The translations under genes and the position numbers were made by a program. The notes under the pieces were generated by a model, which saw nothing but the letters and a program-made list of their open reading frames with translations, was not told the origin of the DNA and ran no database searches. Below are positions 44,933 to 46,012 of a stretch of DNA of 46,012 nt, piece after piece. How positions within the stretch are numbered: position 1 is the stretch's first letter; each line of letters begins with the position of its first letter. The DNA is from Planctomycetota bacterium (GTDB lineage Bacteria > Planctomycetota > Planctomycetia > Pirellulales > Pirellulaceae), in contig VGZN01000001.1 in NCBI GenBank assembly GCA_016872635.1, positions 1 to 46,012 of the forward strand, in the 5' to 3' direction.

Positions 44933-45847
44933 CTATGGCGATCTCTCAGCATGTTCGAGCATCGTACCGCACCGAAATGTCGATTTCATAGTACCGAGAA
45001 ATCGCTCAGCCAGCTCCATTTTTGCCGCTCCATTTAGAGACATACCCGGAAAAAATGCAAGCGAAGAAACGTCATCACAACCGAGAAAATCGAGTGGGTG
45101 TAGCAAATACGAGGGCTGGACGCGGTTCAGTTTGCACCACAGCATCGCCCCGCGGAAATAGCCCTCTGCAAGAACCTTGGAAAATGTCGCCAAATACGTC
45201 ACGTAACTGAGATGGATGGGCACTTTGAACCAAGGGAGAGTCGTCACAGGAATTTCCCGCAGCGTTCCAAACTGTTTCCATACGAACGGACGGTTCGAAC
45301 CAAATCCTGCTGACCAATGACCAAACAAAACTTTGCGTTGATCTCGCTCGGTTCGACTGAGGCGGCTGTGCATAAAGTAATAAGCCCTCGCAAGCGGCCC
45401 GAGAAATGTGGGGAATGTGGAAGCATCGTAGATGTAACCTCGCTCCTGTAAGACTTGAAGTACATCATCAGAGTAACTGAACCCCGGGCCACGAAACCCT
45501 AGCGGCTTAACACCCGTCGTTTTTTGAATCGCGCGTTCCGCACGCTCGAACTCTTCGTCGAGTTGGGAGCGAGTGTAAAGATGCAGCCATGGTTCATGAT
45601 GGAAGGAGTGATTCCCGATCTCATGCCCCGCATCCGCGATCGATCTCAATGCTTCCTGATTCTCAGGTCGATCGCAATCTGCACCTACGATAAAAAAAGT
45701 GATTTTGAGATCGAGTCGTTTAAGCAACTCCAAAACTCTCGGCACCACGAGAGGAAAGTATGTCGGATATGTCTCCCAGCCGGAATCACCGTGGGTCTTC
45801 ATGTAAGACCATTGATTATCGAGATCCAACGAAAGGCTTGCAAACAT
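44933..45847 (-). CDS. Polysaccharide deacetylase (NodB/CE4-like)
   Basis: SLDLD, TFFIVG, HEIGNHSFHH, GFRGPGF, YDAS, EIPVTT and LLHP. Confidence 0.88.
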   Translation of the reverse strand: MFASLSLDLDNQWSYMKTHGDSGWETYPTYFPLVVPRVLELLKRLDLKITFFIVGADCDRPENQEALRSIADAGHEIGNHSFHHEPWLHLYTRSQLDEEFERAERAIQKTTGVKPLGFRGPGFSYSDDVLQVLQERGYIYDASTFPTFLGPLARAYYFMHSRLSRTERDQRKVLFGHWSAGFGSNRPFVWKQFGTLREIPVTTLPWFKVPIHLSYVTYLATFSKVLAEGYFRGAMLWCKLNRVQPSYLLHPLDFLGCDDVSSLAFFPGMSLNGAAKMELAERFLGTMKSTFRCGTMLEHAERSP

Positions 45848-45865
45848 ATGACTTATTCCAACACG

Positions 45866-46012
45866 TTATCCTAATTCCCGGATCGTTTGTCCCGATCGAT
45901 GGAATCGCCTTTGGCAGGATTCGCACACATGCGTCTGCTCCGGTTCAAGCGAATCTGAAAATCGAACAAAAGGGGTCCCGCAGCGACACACGGCGCCGAT
46001 ACTCTTCGCTGG
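45866..46012 (-). CDS. 3' end of a probable hexapeptide-type sugar N-acetyltransferase (partial; missing from the ORF track)
   Basis: Minus frame from the window end reads PAKSIGAVCRCGTPF...HVCESCQRRF...ELG*. This is the PAxxIGxVCxCG...CxxC tail typical of WbpD/WlbB-like acetyltransferases. The stop is 18 bp before the deacetylase ATG. Confidence 0.6.
   Translation of the reverse strand, partial: PAKSIGAVCRCGTPFVRFSDSLEPEQTHVCESCQRRFHRSGQTIRELG

Noticed and set aside
1-46012. tRNA/rRNA genes, transposases, integrases, prophage or defence systems
   Set aside because: No cloverleaf, rRNA signature or relevant protein motif was recognised by eye.

Overview
A 46 kb stretch of gene-dense core chromosome, most likely from a planctomycete (Pirellulaceae-like). 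That assignment rests on a PVC-type CxxCH heme/beta-propeller protein, planctomycete-style hypothetical proteins and weak SD usage. It holds about 30 CDS. Housekeeping genes are pdxH, leuA, nupC-cdd, moaB, lysA and folC. Others are an MlrC/RraA catabolic cluster, secreted hydrolases, an Hsp70-like protein, a rhomboid protease, a three-gene ABC system that resembles PilGHI/Xap, and the end of a polysaccharide locus (deacetylase and a partial acetyltransferase). I found no tRNA, rRNA, CRISPR array or transposase. The most striking unannotated element lies in the 770-bp pdxH-leuA gap on the minus strand. A perfect sigma54 -24/-12 promoter and a candidate upstream activator palindrome precede an ~215-nt run of four consecutive G-U-rich hairpins ending in a terminator-like stem, which makes it a candidate sigma54-dependent small RNA. 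Also present are a ~156-bp REP/BIME-like tandem array between convergent genes and several short (13-20 bp) tandem duplications. All family assignments come from motif recognition by eye, not from database searches.
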